A DNA stretch of 64,000 nucleotides from assembly GCA_026004495.1 (NCBI GenBank), contig BPJG01000001.1, forward strand, positions 2,672-66,671, given 5' to 3'. The notes under the pieces are model-generated. The model was not told the origin of the DNA. It made no database searches and saw only the letters and a program-made list of their open reading frames with translations. The stretch is from Candidatus Parcubacteria bacterium. Its GTDB lineage: Bacteria; Patescibacteriota; Minisyncoccia; UBA6257; HR35. Below are positions 35,111-46,415 of this stretch, piece by piece; positions within the stretch are counted from its first letter, which is position 1, and each line of letters starts with the position of its first letter. The position numbers and the translations under genes were made by a program.

Positions 35111-37738
35111 ATGATTTATCATTTTTGGGAATTAAAGCAGATATTGGAAGAATTTAAAACAGATTTTATTGGTTTATCTAAAGAAGAAGTACAAAAAAGA
35201 CTTTCTAAATATGGGAAAAATTCTTTGCCTGAAGAAAAGGTTTCTTTATTTAATATTTTTCTAAAACAATTTAAAAATATTTTTAATTTAGTTTTATTTT
35301 TTGTTTTGATTTTAACTTTATATTTAAGTAAATTTACTGACTCATTTGTGATTATTTTAATAATTTTAGCTAATGCTTTTATAGGTTTCTTTTTTGAATT
35401 ACGAACAGAAAAAACTTTAGAAAAATTAAAACAACTTTTAAAACCTAAAGCTAAAGTTTTAAGAGACAAAGAATTATTTGAGATAAATTCTGAAAATTTA
35501 GTCCCTGGTGATATTATTTTTATTGAAGAAGGAGATATAATTCCTGCTGATTTAAGATTTTTTGAAATTGAAAATTTAAAGGTTGATGAATCAATTTTAA
35601 CTGGTGAATCTTTGCCTGTTGAAAAAGATATAAAAATATTACCAGAAGAAACTTCAATACCTGAAATGAAAAATATTGGTTTTATGGGTAGTTATGTTAT
35701 TGAAGGTAAGGGAAGAGGAATTGTTATAGCAACTGGTATTAAAACATATATAGGATCAATATACGAAAAATTTCGAAAGATAGAACAATTTGCACCTCAT
35801 TTTGAAAAACTTTCTAAAGATTTAATTTTAAAAATGATTGTGATTGCTATTTCAACTTCAATTTTAATATTTTATTTTGCCTTTCAAAGAAATTATTTTT
35901 TGTCAGATAGCTTACTGTTTGTTCTGTCATCTTTTGTTTCTTCAATTCCAGAAGGTCTACCAGTAATTATTACTGTTTTACTTGTTATTAGTGCTTATGC
36001 TTTATATAAGAAAAATATTTTAGTTAAAAATATACAGGCAACTGAAAATTTATCTGTGATCAATCTTTTATTATCAGATAAAACTGGTACTTTAACCGAA
36101 AATGTTATGACTATAAGAAAAATATTTGTTACTAGTGAGGAAATTGAAATTACCGGTGAAGGCCATAATCTAGAAGGTAAGTTTTTAAAAGATGGGAAAG
36201 AAATAAATATTTTAGAAAACTACCCCTTGGTTAAGCTTTTAAATATCTGTGCTATTGTAAGCGAAGGTTCAATAATTAAAAATGGAGATTTAAAGGTTAA
36301 AGGCAATCCTAGAGATATTGCTTTACTTATTTTGTTAGAAAAATCTGGTTTTAAAAGAGAAGAAATTTTAGAAAAAGAAAAAATAAAGAAAAGAGAGTCA
36401 TTTTCTAGAATTAAAAAACATAAAAGAGTTATTGTAGAACATGAAAGAATTGAATCTTACTATTTAGGTGCCTTCGAAAAAATAATTAATTATTGTAATT
36501 ATATTTTAACTTACGAAGGAGTAAGGGAATTTAAAAATAAAGAAGAAATTTTAAATAAAGCTATTGAATATGCTAATAATGGTTTTAGTATCTTAGCTGC
36601 TGCTTACAACGAAGGAGAAAAAGAAGAAAACTTAATTTTTGTTGGTTTAATTGCTTTATATGATCCTCCTAAAAAAGGGGTTAAGGAGACTATTCAAAAA
36701 TTAAAATCTGCTGGAATTGATATTAGAATTTTAACAGGCGATCATAAAGCAACAGCAGTTTATATTGCTAAAGAAATTGGTTTTGAAAATATAAATGCAG
36801 TTGATGAAGATGAAATTAGAAATTTACCTGAAGAAAAATTAAAAGAAATATTAAAAAATATTTATATTTTTGCTAGAATTACTCCTGAAACTAAACTTAA
36901 AATTTTAGAACTTTATCAAAAATTAGGTTATTCAGTTTCTTATATTGGTGATGGTGTTAATGATGTCTTAAGTTTAAAAAAAGCAGAGGTTGGTGTTTGT
37001 ATGGGGAAACGTGGTTCAGAAATTGCTAAATCGGCAAGTGATATTATATTAATTGATGATAATTTAGAAAGTTTACTTTCCGGCTTTATTGAAGGAAGAA
37101 AAATATTTAACAATCTTAAAAGAGTTGTTTTCTTTTTGATTACCACTAATGTTGCTGAAAGTTTAACAATTTTAACTGCTTTGATTTTAGGTTTCCCATT
37201 TATTTTAAAACCAACTCATATTTTATTTTTAAATTTTGTGACTGATACTTTAATTGGAACTACCTTAGCTTTCGAAAAAGAACATGGTAATGAACTTCAA
37301 TCAAAACCAAGAAATCCCAAAGAATCTTTGATAAGCCTTGATTTATTGCCCTTTCTTTTAATGATGGCATCAATAATGATGATATTGACTGTTTTAATTT
37401 TTAGCATTGAATATTTATTTGATTTAGATAAAGCTAGAACTTATGCGTTTTTAGTTATGAGTCTAACCCAGCTTTATAATGCTTTAAATTTAAGATCTTT
37501 AAATAAAACTATATTTAGATTAAATTTTAAGCTAAATCCTTACATAATAGTTGGAATTGTTTTATCATTATTTTTACAATATTTTGTAATTTTTAATCCA
37601 ATAGCTCGTTCAATTTTAGGATTTAGTCAAATAACTTTATTTGAATTTTTTATTATTTTACTGTTAAGCTCTATTGTTTTGGTAGTAGGTGAGTTGTATA
37701 AATTTATTAAACAAAAATTCATTAAGATAAATAAATAA
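35111..37738 (+). CDS. P-type cation-transporting ATPase (type II, Ca2+/Mg2+-like)
   Basis: TGES, DKTGTLTEN, TGDHKATA, GDGVNDVLSLKKAEVGV and 10 TM segments. Confidence 0.8.
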   Translation: MIYHFWELKQILEEFKTDFIGLSKEEVQKRLSKYGKNSLPEEKVSLFNIFLKQFKNIFNLVLFFVLILTLYLSKFTDSFVIILIILANAFIGFFFELRTEKTLEKLKQLLKPKAKVLRDKELFEINSENLVPGDIIFIEEGDIIPADLRFFEIENLKVDESILTGESLPVEKDIKILPEETSIPEMKNIGFMGSYVIEGKGRGIVIATGIKTYIGSIYEKFRKIEQFAPHFEKLSKDLILKMIVIAISTSILIFYFAFQRNYFLSDSLLFVLSSFVSSIPEGLPVIITVLLVISAYALYKKNILVKNIQATENLSVINLLLSDKTGTLTENVMTIRKIFVTSEEIEITGEGHNLEGKFLKDGKEINILENYPLVKLLNICAIVSEGSIIKNGDLKVKGNPRDIALLILLEKSGFKREEILEKEKIKKRESFSRIKKHKRVIVEHERIESYYLGAFEKIINYCNYILTYEGVREFKNKEEILNKAIEYANNGFSILAAAYNEGEKEENLIFVGLIALYDPPKKGVKETIQKLKSAGIDIRILTGDHKATAVYIAKEIGFENINAVDEDEIRNLPEEKLKEILKNIYIFARITPETKLKILELYQKLGYSVSYIGDGVNDVLSLKKAEVGVCMGKRGSEIAKSASDIILIDDNLESLLSGFIEGRKIFNNLKRVVFFLITTNVAESLTILTALILGFPFILKPTHILFLNFVTDTLIGTTLAFEKEHGNELQSKPRNPKESLISLDLLPFLLMMASIMMILTVLIFSIEYLFDLDKARTYAFLVMSLTQLYNALNLRSLNKTIFRLNFKLNPYIIVGIVLSLFLQYFVIFNPIARSILGFSQITLFEFFIILLLSSIVLVVGELYKFIKQKFIKINK

Positions 37739-37970
37739 TTCATACTTGTTGGAGAAGTATGATATAATATTTTTTTATAACTAAAAAGTATAAAAATTTG
37801 GAAAATAAAATTTATTGTTCCACTGTTTTGGGGAAAGGGGTAGATCATTATTTTCAAAGAAACAAGAAATAATTTAAAATAACAGGAAAGCAGAAAAATA
37901 TTAATTTTAACATAATTCATATTATATTTATAAAAAAATTTTAAAATATCTTAAAGAAAATATAAAAAAA

Positions 37971-39647
37971 ATGATTAAAAGAATTTTTCAAAATAAGAAA
38001 ACAATTTTTTTGCTAATTTTGATTTTAGGAGGAATCGGATATCTCATTTATTCAAAAAATAAAAATAATCAAATTACTGAAGGTTATATTTTGGCAAAAG
38101 TTGAAAGGGGAACGATTGAAAAAAGCATTTCTGGAACTGGTTATGTAACTTCAACTGATATTTTTGAAGTTAAACCTTCTATTTCTGGCAAAATTTTAAA
38201 TATTTATTCAGTAGAGGGTAGTTATATTAAGAAAGGCGAACTTTTATTTGTTTTAAGTGATTCAGATATAAAAAGGCAAATTCGAGATTTAGAATTAGAT
38301 ATCGAAAATTCAAAAATAAATTTAACCAAGACTCAAGATGATTATCAAAGAATTATAAGAGGAGATGATCTCAGAAAAAATTACGAAAATTTGCTAAAAA
38401 ATTTAAATGATATTTTCATAGATTATCCCGATGATTTAGAAACAATAAGAAAAACTTATTTTGATAAAGATCTAGATCCTTTTAAGGACAATATTGATTA
38501 CTATCTTTATTATTTTCCACAAAGTCAAGTAAATTCTACTAATCTTCAAAAAACATATAATGAGTTAAAAAATAATTTTGTTTTAATTTCTCAAAATCTT
38601 CAAGAAGCAAAATTTAATACCCAAAATGCTAAATATGATTTAACTAAAAATTCTTATGATCTTCTTTTAGAAACCCAAGATTTTGTTAAATCTGGTTTAG
38701 ATTTAATCAGAAGATTAAAGGAAGATTTAAGTTTAAGTCAATCCTATCATACAAAACAAGAAATTATTGATAGGCATTATAATGATCTAAATTCTATTTA
38801 TGAAAAATATAGTGGTTATATTGATTATCTATCTTCAATGGTAAACACTTTAAATAATTACCAAGATACACTTAAACAAAAAGAATACGATATCCAATCT
38901 TTAAAACTTGCTATTCAACAGAAAGAAAATAAGCTAAATGATTTAAAAGAAGACTTAAAAGATTATTATATTTATGCTCCTGTCGGAGGCATAGTTCAAG
39001 ATATTAATGTTAAATTAAATGATATTGTTTCCCCTAACTCTGTTTTGATGAAGATCGTTTCTAACGAAAAAATTGTTGAAGTTTATTTAAATGAAATTGA
39101 TGCCGCTGAAGTAAAATTAGGACAAAAAGTAGTTTTAACTTTTGATGCCTTACCTGACCTTAAATTAAGTGGTGAAGTTTTTTATATTTCGGCAGTAGGA
39201 GAAATTAATCAAGGAGTTGTTAATTATTTAGTTAAAATTAATATGAAAAATAGTCCAAAGGTAAAAATTGGAATGACTGCTAACGCAGAGATAATCACTA
39301 ACATAAAAAGAGATATTTTATTAGTACCTAATTCAGTAATTAAAAGTATGAATGATAAAAACTATATTGAAATTCCAGATGAAAAGGAGAGTATAAGACA
39401 ATTAACAAAAGAACCGGTAAAATTAAATTATCCATTAAAAAAAGTTTTTATTAAAACTGGTCTTTCTGATAATAATAAAACTGAGGTTTTAGAAGGCTTA
39501 AAAGAAGGAGATATCATAGTAGTTAAAAAAATTGATAATAGTAACAATAACAACAAACAATCACAAGGTTTATTTCAAAGATTAATGCCTAACCCAAGAC
39601 AATTTGCACCCCAACAGAGACCTCAAAATACTCAAAGACAATTTTAA
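37971..39647 (+). CDS. Efflux periplasmic adaptor (HlyD/MacA family) with a long coiled-coil
   Basis: N-terminal TM, biotinyl/lipoyl-like hairpin (ISGTGYV...VKPSISGKI) and a long alpha-helical region. Upstream of the macB-like ATPase and permease. Confidence 0.65.
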   Translation: MIKRIFQNKKTIFLLILILGGIGYLIYSKNKNNQITEGYILAKVERGTIEKSISGTGYVTSTDIFEVKPSISGKILNIYSVEGSYIKKGELLFVLSDSDIKRQIRDLELDIENSKINLTKTQDDYQRIIRGDDLRKNYENLLKNLNDIFIDYPDDLETIRKTYFDKDLDPFKDNIDYYLYYFPQSQVNSTNLQKTYNELKNNFVLISQNLQEAKFNTQNAKYDLTKNSYDLLLETQDFVKSGLDLIRRLKEDLSLSQSYHTKQEIIDRHYNDLNSIYEKYSGYIDYLSSMVNTLNNYQDTLKQKEYDIQSLKLAIQQKENKLNDLKEDLKDYYIYAPVGGIVQDINVKLNDIVSPNSVLMKIVSNEKIVEVYLNEIDAAEVKLGQKVVLTFDALPDLKLSGEVFYISAVGEINQGVVNYLVKINMKNSPKVKIGMTANAEIITNIKRDILLVPNSVIKSMNDKNYIEIPDEKESIRQLTKEPVKLNYPLKKVFIKTGLSDNNKTEVLEGLKEGDIIVVKKIDNSNNNNKQSQGLFQRLMPNPRQFAPQQRPQNTQRQF

Positions 39648-39650
39648 AAA

Positions 39651-40370
39651 ATGATTGAACTTCAAGATGTTTTCAAGGTTTATAAAAACGGAGAAATAGA
39701 AACTATTGCTTTAAAAAATATTAATCTAAGAATTAATAAGGGTGAATTTATTTCAATTATGGGTCCTTCTGGTTCAGGAAAATCAACCTTGATGCATATT
39801 ATTGGTCTTTTAGATCGCCCAACAGGTGGTAAATACTTATTAGATGGCCAAGATGTTTCTAAATTAAAAGATGAAGAATTATCTAAATTAAGGAATAAAA
39901 AAATCGGTTTTATTTTTCAAGCTTTTTTTCTATTACCAAGAAAAAACGTTTTAGAAAATGTTATTTTACCTTCGATCTATTCTGACTTAAAACAGTCATC
40001 AAGAAAGGAAAAAGCAATTGAATCTTTAAAAGAATCTGCTTTTCCTTTAAATTTTATTTATCATTATCCCAATCAACTTTCTGGTGGAATGATGCAGAGA
40101 GTTGCGATTGCTCGATCTTTAATTAACGACCCAGAAATTATTTTAGCTGATGAACCAACTGGTAACTTAGATACCAAAACAGGAGAATTTGTTTTGCATA
40201 CATTCCAGAGATTAAATATTGAAAAAGGAATAACTATTATTTTAATTACTCATGAAGAATATGTGGCTGAACATGCAGAAAAAATAATTAGGATTAAGGA
40301 TGGTGAAATAATAAGTCAAGAAAAGGTAAAAAATAGAAAAATTTTACACCACAATAATGAAAACTATTGA
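39651..40370 (+). CDS. macB: ABC transporter ATP-binding protein (MacB-type)
   Basis: [35 protein letters not shown]. Confidence 0.8.
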   Translation: MIELQDVFKVYKNGEIETIALKNINLRINKGEFISIMGPSGSGKSTLMHIIGLLDRPTGGKYLLDGQDVSKLKDEELSKLRNKKIGFIFQAFFLLPRKNVLENVILPSIYSDLKQSSRKEKAIESLKESAFPLNFIYHYPNQLSGGMMQRVAIARSLINDPEIILADEPTGNLDTKTGEFVLHTFQRLNIEKGITIILITHEEYVAEHAEKIIRIKDGEIISQEKVKNRKILHHNNENY

Positions 40371-41568
40371 TTTAATTAAAGAATCTTTTGATTCATTAAA
40401 AAGTAATAAGTTAAGGACAGGATTAACTATTTTAGGAATTGTTATTGGTATTGCTGCGGTTATTTCGATGATTTCTTTAGGCGAAGGATCAAAAATTAGT
40501 ATTCAGAAAAGTATTGAAAGCTTAGGTTCAAATAATTTAATTGTTTTCCCCGGAATTATTCAACCAGGCAGAGGTTTTGTCTCTAGTGGAAGAGGAGAAG
40601 CTCAGGTTTTAAAAAAGGCTGACGTTGAAGAAATTGAAAAAATTGATAATATTGTTGCTATTTCTTCAGAAATTCAAAGAAGATTTCAAGTCATAGCTGA
40701 AACTGGTAATAATCGTAATGTAATTATCTTAGGAGTTAATATTGGTTTTTTTACAGTAAGAAATATGGAAATTGAAAATGGAAATTTATTTTCTGATGAA
40801 CAAATTAGAAATTATTCAAAGGTTGCTATTCTGGGAAGCCAAATTGCCAATGATTTATTTGGTGACAATGATCCAATCGGCAAAAAAATCAAAATCAAAA
40901 ATTTAACCTTTAAGGTTATTGGAATTTTAAAAGCTAAAGGCTCAACTGGTTTTGTTAGCTATGATGATTTTATTATTATTCCTTATACGGTTATGCAAAA
41001 ACAATTAGCTGGAACAGAATACTTTAATTCAATTGCTGTTAAGGTTAACTCAAAAGAAAACATTCAAAAAGTTAGAGAAGAAATTATCAATAGATTAACT
41101 ATTTTACATCGAGTCGATGAGCCCGATTTTACTGTTTTTTCTCAAGAAGATATTTTAAGCACCTTAACCTCAATTATTAATACTTTTACCATTTTTCTTT
41201 CTTTTATTGCTGGTGTTTCGCTTTTGGTTGGCGGAATTGGAATTATGAATATGATGCTGACAAGTGTTACTGAAAGAACAAAAGAAATTGGCCTTAGAAA
41301 AGCTGTTGGGGCAAAAAATAATGATATTTTAAATCAAATTTTATTAGAATCAATTTTTATAACTTTATTAGGCGGTATTTTAGGAATTTTATTGGGTCTT
41401 TTAATTTCTTATGGTGTAAGTAAGATTGCTAATATTACAACTTATATTTCTTTAAAATCTATTTTAGCTTCAGTTATTGTATCAACTGGTGTTGGTTTAA
41501 TTTTTGGTTATTATCCAGCTAAAAAAGCAAGTAATTTAGATCCAATTGTTGCTTTAAGATATGAATAA
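40357..41568 (+). CDS. ABC transporter permease (FtsX/MacB family)
   Basis: MacB-like topology and a C-terminal FtsX domain. Overlapping start with the ATPase. Confidence 0.75.
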   Translation: MKTIDLIKESFDSLKSNKLRTGLTILGIVIGIAAVISMISLGEGSKISIQKSIESLGSNNLIVFPGIIQPGRGFVSSGRGEAQVLKKADVEEIEKIDNIVAISSEIQRRFQVIAETGNNRNVIILGVNIGFFTVRNMEIENGNLFSDEQIRNYSKVAILGSQIANDLFGDNDPIGKKIKIKNLTFKVIGILKAKGSTGFVSYDDFIIIPYTVMQKQLAGTEYFNSIAVKVNSKENIQKVREEIINRLTILHRVDEPDFTVFSQEDILSTLTSIINTFTIFLSFIAGVSLLVGGIGIMNMMLTSVTERTKEIGLRKAVGAKNNDILNQILLESIFITLLGGILGILLGLLISYGVSKIANITTYISLKSILASVIVSTGVGLIFGYYPAKKASNLDPIVALRYE

Positions 41569-41600
41569 AATCATATTATAATAATATATTCTTATAAGAA

Positions 41601-42044
41601 ATGGAAATAATAAAGATAACAAAACTAATTTGGATAATTTTTGCTTTACTTTCAGCAATTAGCGCAGCCTTAGTAGCAATTTTTGGTAAAATTGGTGTTT
41701 CGCATATAGACTCTACTTTAGCAACAACAGTTAGGGCAATTGTCATGGCTTTATTTTTAATTGTTGTTTCTTTATTTTTAGATAAATTTCAATTGCTAAA
41801 AACAATTGACAACAAAGCTTTAACTTTTATAATTTTGGCTGGTATTTCTGGCGCTCTTTCTTGGCTTTTTTATTTTCTTGCCTTGAAATTAGGTCCGGTA
41901 TCAGGAGTAGCTGCCTTAGATAGATTAAGCGTTATTTTTGTTTTGATTTTTTCTGTTATATTTTTAGCTGAGAAGTTAACATTAAAATCAGCCCTAGGGG
42001 CTATTTTTATTACAATTGGGGCGATTTTAATGATATTAAAATAG
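41601..42044 (+). CDS. EamA/DMT-family small membrane transporter
   Basis: Four TM segments and EamA-like repeats. Confidence 0.5.
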   Translation: MEIIKITKLIWIIFALLSAISAALVAIFGKIGVSHIDSTLATTVRAIVMALFLIVVSLFLDKFQLLKTIDNKALTFIILAGISGALSWLFYFLALKLGPVSGVAALDRLSVIFVLIFSVIFLAEKLTLKSALGAIFITIGAILMILK

Positions 42045-42120
42045 GTCGAATTAAAACAACTAAGACAGAAGAAAAATTTTATAATATAATTTAAAATATA
42101 TTTAAAATTTTTAAAATAAA

Positions 42121-42579
42121 ATGAATAAAAAATTAATCTATATATTAATAGGTGGTTCCTTAATAATTTTAATTTCTGGAGGTTTTTTATTTTATTTAAA
42201 AAATAAATCAATTGAATATCCAGCAGAAAACCAAACTCAACAAGAAATTCAAAACCAGCCAATCAGTAATAGCAATATAGTTAATCAAATAACAAACAGT
42301 TCAGAATTAACAACATCTACCCCAACTGAAAAAACCGAAGAAAAATTTTATACAATGGAAGAAATTGTTCGACATAATTCTAAGGAAAACTGTTGGACAG
42401 TTATTCGAGGTGAAGTTTATGATTTAACTCAATGGATTGATAAACATCCAGGTGGAGCAGATGAAATTTTGTCTTTATGTGGCAAAGATGGAACTCAAGG
42501 ATTTGAGAGAAAACATGGAGGGGAAGAAAGACCAGAAAAAGCTTTAGAAGGATTTGAAATTGGTAAATTAAAACAATAA
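42121..42579 (+). CDS. Membrane-anchored cytochrome b5-like heme-binding domain protein
   Basis: YTMEEIVRHNSKENCWTVIRGEVYDLTQWIDKHPGG (b5 HPGG motif). Confidence 0.7.
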   Translation: MNKKLIYILIGGSLIILISGGFLFYLKNKSIEYPAENQTQQEIQNQPISNSNIVNQITNSSELTTSTPTEKTEEKFYTMEEIVRHNSKENCWTVIRGEVYDLTQWIDKHPGGADEILSLCGKDGTQGFERKHGGEERPEKALEGFEIGKLKQ

Positions 42580-42953
42580 TGGAAGATTACGGCAAATTAA
42601 TTTTAAGAATAGGATTAGGAATTGTTTTTCTTTATTTTGGTATAAGCCAGTTAATTGTTCCTCAAAGATGGATTTATTTAATTCCAGATATTAAAGTTAT
42701 TTATCTGAATGATATTTTTAAACAGAAAATAGTTCTAATAAATGGTATTTTTGATTGTTTAATCGGGATTTGTTTTATTTTAGGACTATTCATTAAAATA
42801 GTCTCTCTTTTATCTACGCTACACCTTTTGTTTATTTTCTTTTTTTCTTTGGGTTTTACTCCTTCGGGTTTTCGTGATTTAGGGCTTGCTTTAGCTTCAT
42901 TATCTTTATTTTTTTTAGGTGCCGGCAATTTTAAATTAAAAAAAATATTTTAA
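42579..42953 (+). CDS. DoxX-family membrane protein
   Basis: Four-TM DoxX-like topology. Confidence 0.5.
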   Translation: MEDYGKLILRIGLGIVFLYFGISQLIVPQRWIYLIPDIKVIYLNDIFKQKIVLINGIFDCLIGICFILGLFIKIVSLLSTLHLLFIFFFSLGFTPSGFRDLGLALASLSLFFLGAGNFKLKKIF

Positions 42954-42989
42954 TTCTAATAAATTTTCATTAAACTAATATAATTTAAA

Positions 42990-43451
42990 ATGATAAACAT
43001 TGAAGGACAAATCGATAAAAACATAGCATTCGCAATATTAATTTTTATGGCGTTTATAATTTTATTATTTGCTACAGTAATAATTCTTTATTCATATAAT
43101 AATAAGAAAAAAAATAAAATGATAGAGATAAAAAAATCAGAATTAAAAAAAAATTATAATAATGAAAAAATATTCTTTTGCGATTATGTTATTAAAGATG
43201 GTAACGCATTTCAATTAAATGGAGAAGCTTTTAATACTTCAATAACTCCAGGTATGAAAATTGAAATAAACGGCATTGAACACGAAATAAAAGAGGTTTA
43301 TGGTTTTGATGATACGCCAGAAGATCCAGATCCTGCTATTCCTCAAACTAACCCTTACGGTTTAGTTTTAATCGAAAGCAATCAAATAAACTACCAGAAA
43401 CTCAAGGAAAGATTAAAAAAAGAGTTAGTCATCCCATTTATCTTAAGATAA
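42990..43451 (+). CDS. Hypothetical membrane-anchored protein
   Basis: ORF with an N-terminal TM. No motif. Confidence 0.35.
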   Translation: MINIEGQIDKNIAFAILIFMAFIILLFATVIILYSYNNKKKNKMIEIKKSELKKNYNNEKIFFCDYVIKDGNAFQLNGEAFNTSITPGMKIEINGIEHEIKEVYGFDDTPEDPDPAIPQTNPYGLVLIESNQINYQKLKERLKKELVIPFILR

Positions 43452-43968
43452 TTAATAATTAGGTAATAAATTTTCATCTTTTGAGATATTTAACTCACAA
43501 ACTAGTTTTAATTAATTAAATTTTAAAATAAAATTTGATGAATAAATTTTGAATGAAAATTTTAATGATGGTGATTTTTATTACCATTTAGTGATTTAAG
43601 ATTTAATGATAATAACATAAAGGTCAATAATCTTAGCCAATAATTTGAGCTTATTAAAAAAAGATAATTTTTATTGGTGAAGTTGGTTGGATTTTCACTA
43701 TTTTAAATAAAGTAAAAATAAACAATTAGAAATTTTTAGATATTCAATTAAAAATTGCTGAAAAATTTAATTTATTCATAGTTATTCATATTAAAAAGTC
43801 TTTTGATGATATTTTTTAATAATAAAAAAATATAATATTTTACCTATTTAGCATTCTTTTGTTAAATATTCTTATTATTTCTTAGCGAATTATTTAAATA
43901 TTAAAAATATAAAAGAAATTGTTGATGAAAATTTTAATAATATTTTTAAAGATATAAATTTACAAATC

Positions 43969-44748
43969 TTAAATCAATAATAAAATTAAAATACCAATAA
44001 TTATTCTATAGAATCCAAAGGGAATAAGATTATTTTTTTTAAGATATTTAATAAACCAATTAATTGTTAAAAGGGCAAAAATAAAAGAACTAACAAAACC
44101 AATTAAGAGATAAATAAAATTTTGACCGATAAATAAACTATTAATACCCGTTTTATAAAGGTCATACAAGCTAGCTGAAATTATAGTCGGAGTTGCTAAC
44201 AAAAATGAATATAAAACTGCTTCTTCTCTTTTAAATCTCAATATTAGCATTATTAAAATAACAGCTCCGGCCCTAGAAACACCTGGAATGATTGCTAAGC
44301 CTTGAAACAGTCCAATTAAAAAAGCTTGTTTATTATCTAAATTATTTAAATCAAGACTTAATCTAAGTTTATTTTTAGATATTAATTTTTCCACTAAAAT
44401 AAAAATAAAACCAATAATTATAAGTGACGAGGCAATAATTAAATAATTTTCGAAAAATAAATTTTTAATTATTTTATAAAATACAATACCTATTATGGCT
44501 GTGGGTATAAAAGATACAATAATTTTTTTAATTAAATTTAAATTATTTTTTAAAAGATTAAAATAATTAAAAATTACTGCTAGAATTGCTCCGCTTTGAA
44601 TAAAAACTTCAAAAAGTTTATGAAAATCTGTTTGTTGGATTTTAAGTAAATTACTTACTAATATTAAATGAGCTGTTGAAGAAATTGGCAAAAATTCTGT
44701 TATACCTTCAACTATACCTAAGATAAAATAATTTAGAAAATTTTCCAT
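43969..44748 (-). CDS. uppP: Undecaprenyl-diphosphatase UppP/BacA
   Basis: ILGIVEGITEFLPISSTAHLIL and GVSRAGAVI motifs. Eight TM segments. Confidence 0.85.
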   Translation of the reverse strand: MENFLNYFILGIVEGITEFLPISSTAHLILVSNLLKIQQTDFHKLFEVFIQSGAILAVIFNYFNLLKNNLNLIKKIIVSFIPTAIIGIVFYKIIKNLFFENYLIIASSLIIIGFIFILVEKLISKNKLRLSLDLNNLDNKQAFLIGLFQGLAIIPGVSRAGAVILIMLILRFKREEAVLYSFLLATPTIISASLYDLYKTGINSLFIGQNFIYLLIGFVSSFIFALLTINWFIKYLKKNNLIPFGFYRIIIGILILLLI

Positions 44749-44845
44749 TACTAAAATTATAACCTTTATAATTTTATTTTATAACCTATTTATAAATTAA
44801 AAATAATGTTAAAATAAAAATAATTAAAATTTTTTAAAATAAAAT

Positions 44846-45799
44846 ATGATATATATTATTTTAATTTCAGCTATAATAGGTTGTTATATTACTTATCATA
44901 TATATTCACACAAATATAAGAAAAAACCTTTAGTTTGCCCCTTAAAAGCTAAATGTGACCCAGTTATTCACAGTGAGTATTCTAAATTTTTAGGAATTGA
45001 AAATACAATTTTAGGTTTTACTTATTATGTTTTTATTTTAATTTTTCATTTATTATTTCTTATTTTTAAATTTAATAATTATTTCTTAGAATTTTTTGTT
45101 TTCAATTTATCACTTTTAGCTGTATTTTTTTCAATTTATTTAACATTTATTCAACTTTTTAAATTAAAAAAGTTTTGTAGTTGGTGTCTTTTATCTGCTT
45201 TATTATGTTTTTTGATTTTTATTAATTCATATTTAATTTATAAAGATACAATAATTAAAGCAGCAATTCAATTACAAAAATTAAGTATTTTTATTCATGC
45301 TTTAACTTCTGGAATTGCTTTAGGAATTGTTTCTGTAGTTGATTATCTGTTTTTTAAATTTCTAAAAGATAAAAAGATTGACGAAAAAGAAAAATCAATT
45401 TTAGATAATTTATCAGATTTTATTTGGTTAATTTTAGGATTAATTATTGTTTCTGGTGTTTTTATTTATTTGTCTGATATGGATAAATATCATAATTCTG
45501 TTAAGTTTATGCTTAAAATGATAATTGTCTTGATTATTGTTATTAATGGATTTTTAATGAATTTAATTGTTTCACCTAAATTAATTGAATTTGACTTTCA
45601 AAAATTAAACAATTTAAAAGAGAGAATTTTTATTTCGATGGGAGTTATTTCTATCACATCTTGGTTATTAGCTTTTATTTTAGGTAGATTAAAAACTATT
45701 CCCCTTAGTTTAATCGAGGCCTTAGGTTTATATTTATTGTTCTTAATAATAACTATAATTAGCAGTATTTTTTTTATTAAATTAAAATTGAAAAATTAA
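44846..45799 (+). CDS. Vitamin K epoxide reductase (VKOR)-family membrane protein with a C-terminal extension
   Basis: Cys pair in the first loop (CPLKAKCDP) and CSWC in TM4. Confidence 0.6.
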   Translation: MIYIILISAIIGCYITYHIYSHKYKKKPLVCPLKAKCDPVIHSEYSKFLGIENTILGFTYYVFILIFHLLFLIFKFNNYFLEFFVFNLSLLAVFFSIYLTFIQLFKLKKFCSWCLLSALLCFLIFINSYLIYKDTIIKAAIQLQKLSIFIHALTSGIALGIVSVVDYLFFKFLKDKKIDEKEKSILDNLSDFIWLILGLIIVSGVFIYLSDMDKYHNSVKFMLKMIIVLIIVINGFLMNLIVSPKLIEFDFQKLNNLKERIFISMGVISITSWLLAFILGRLKTIPLSLIEALGLYLLFLIITIISSIFFIKLKLKN

Positions 45800-45832
45800 A
45801 AGCCTCCTTTTAAATAAAAGGAGGCTTTTGCT
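45799..45832 (+). terminator. Rho-independent terminator
   Basis: AAAGCCTCC-loop-GGAGGCTTTTG. Confidence 0.7.
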
Positions 45833-45854
45833 TTATTTTGATTTCTTATATTTA

Positions 45855-45989
45855 TTAGATATTTTCTTCCTGATCATAAGAGGTTTCTTCATTTGCATTG
45901 CATTGACAACAATTTTGACAACCTTTACAAATTTGACATAATGATTCAGTAATTTGTTGGCAAACTTGACAAACGTTTTGATTTTCCAT
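45855..45989 (-). CDS. 44-aa Cys-rich (8 Cys) small peptide, MENQNVCQVCQQITESLCQICKGCQNCCQCNANEETSYDQEENI. Not in the ORF track.
   Basis: Clean ATG..TAA ORF in an otherwise empty 600-bp intergenic region. CxxC/CxxCxxCxxCCxC pattern. Confidence 0.4.
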   Translation of the reverse strand: MENQNVCQVCQQITESLCQICKGCQNCCQCNANEETSYDQEENI

Positions 45990-46415
45990 TTTTAGGGGAA
46001 TATTAAAAAAAATTTCGACCTTTTATTAAGTAATATATATTATAACATAATATAATATAACACATAGATTTAAAAAATAAATCTTAAATAAATTTAAAAA
46101 ATTATAGTGAAAATAGTTAACAATAAAAATTAGCAAAAAAATTTATTTGCTTGGATTAACAATAAATCTTTATTATGATTTTAATTTTAATAATAAACTA
46201 AGAAAAAATTTTTTTGAGATTTATGGACTTTAAAAATTAATTTGATTAGATTGTATTAAACAAATAAGTAATTTATCTCAATCAATCTATTTTTATTTTT
46301 ACAGAAACGTAATCCACTTTTTATCTCCCTATGGCAAGAAATTTATTGAATTTATAAAAAATTTCGAATAGACCTCGTTTTTAACTAATAAAGTTTTTAA
46401 CCAATAAATACAAAA

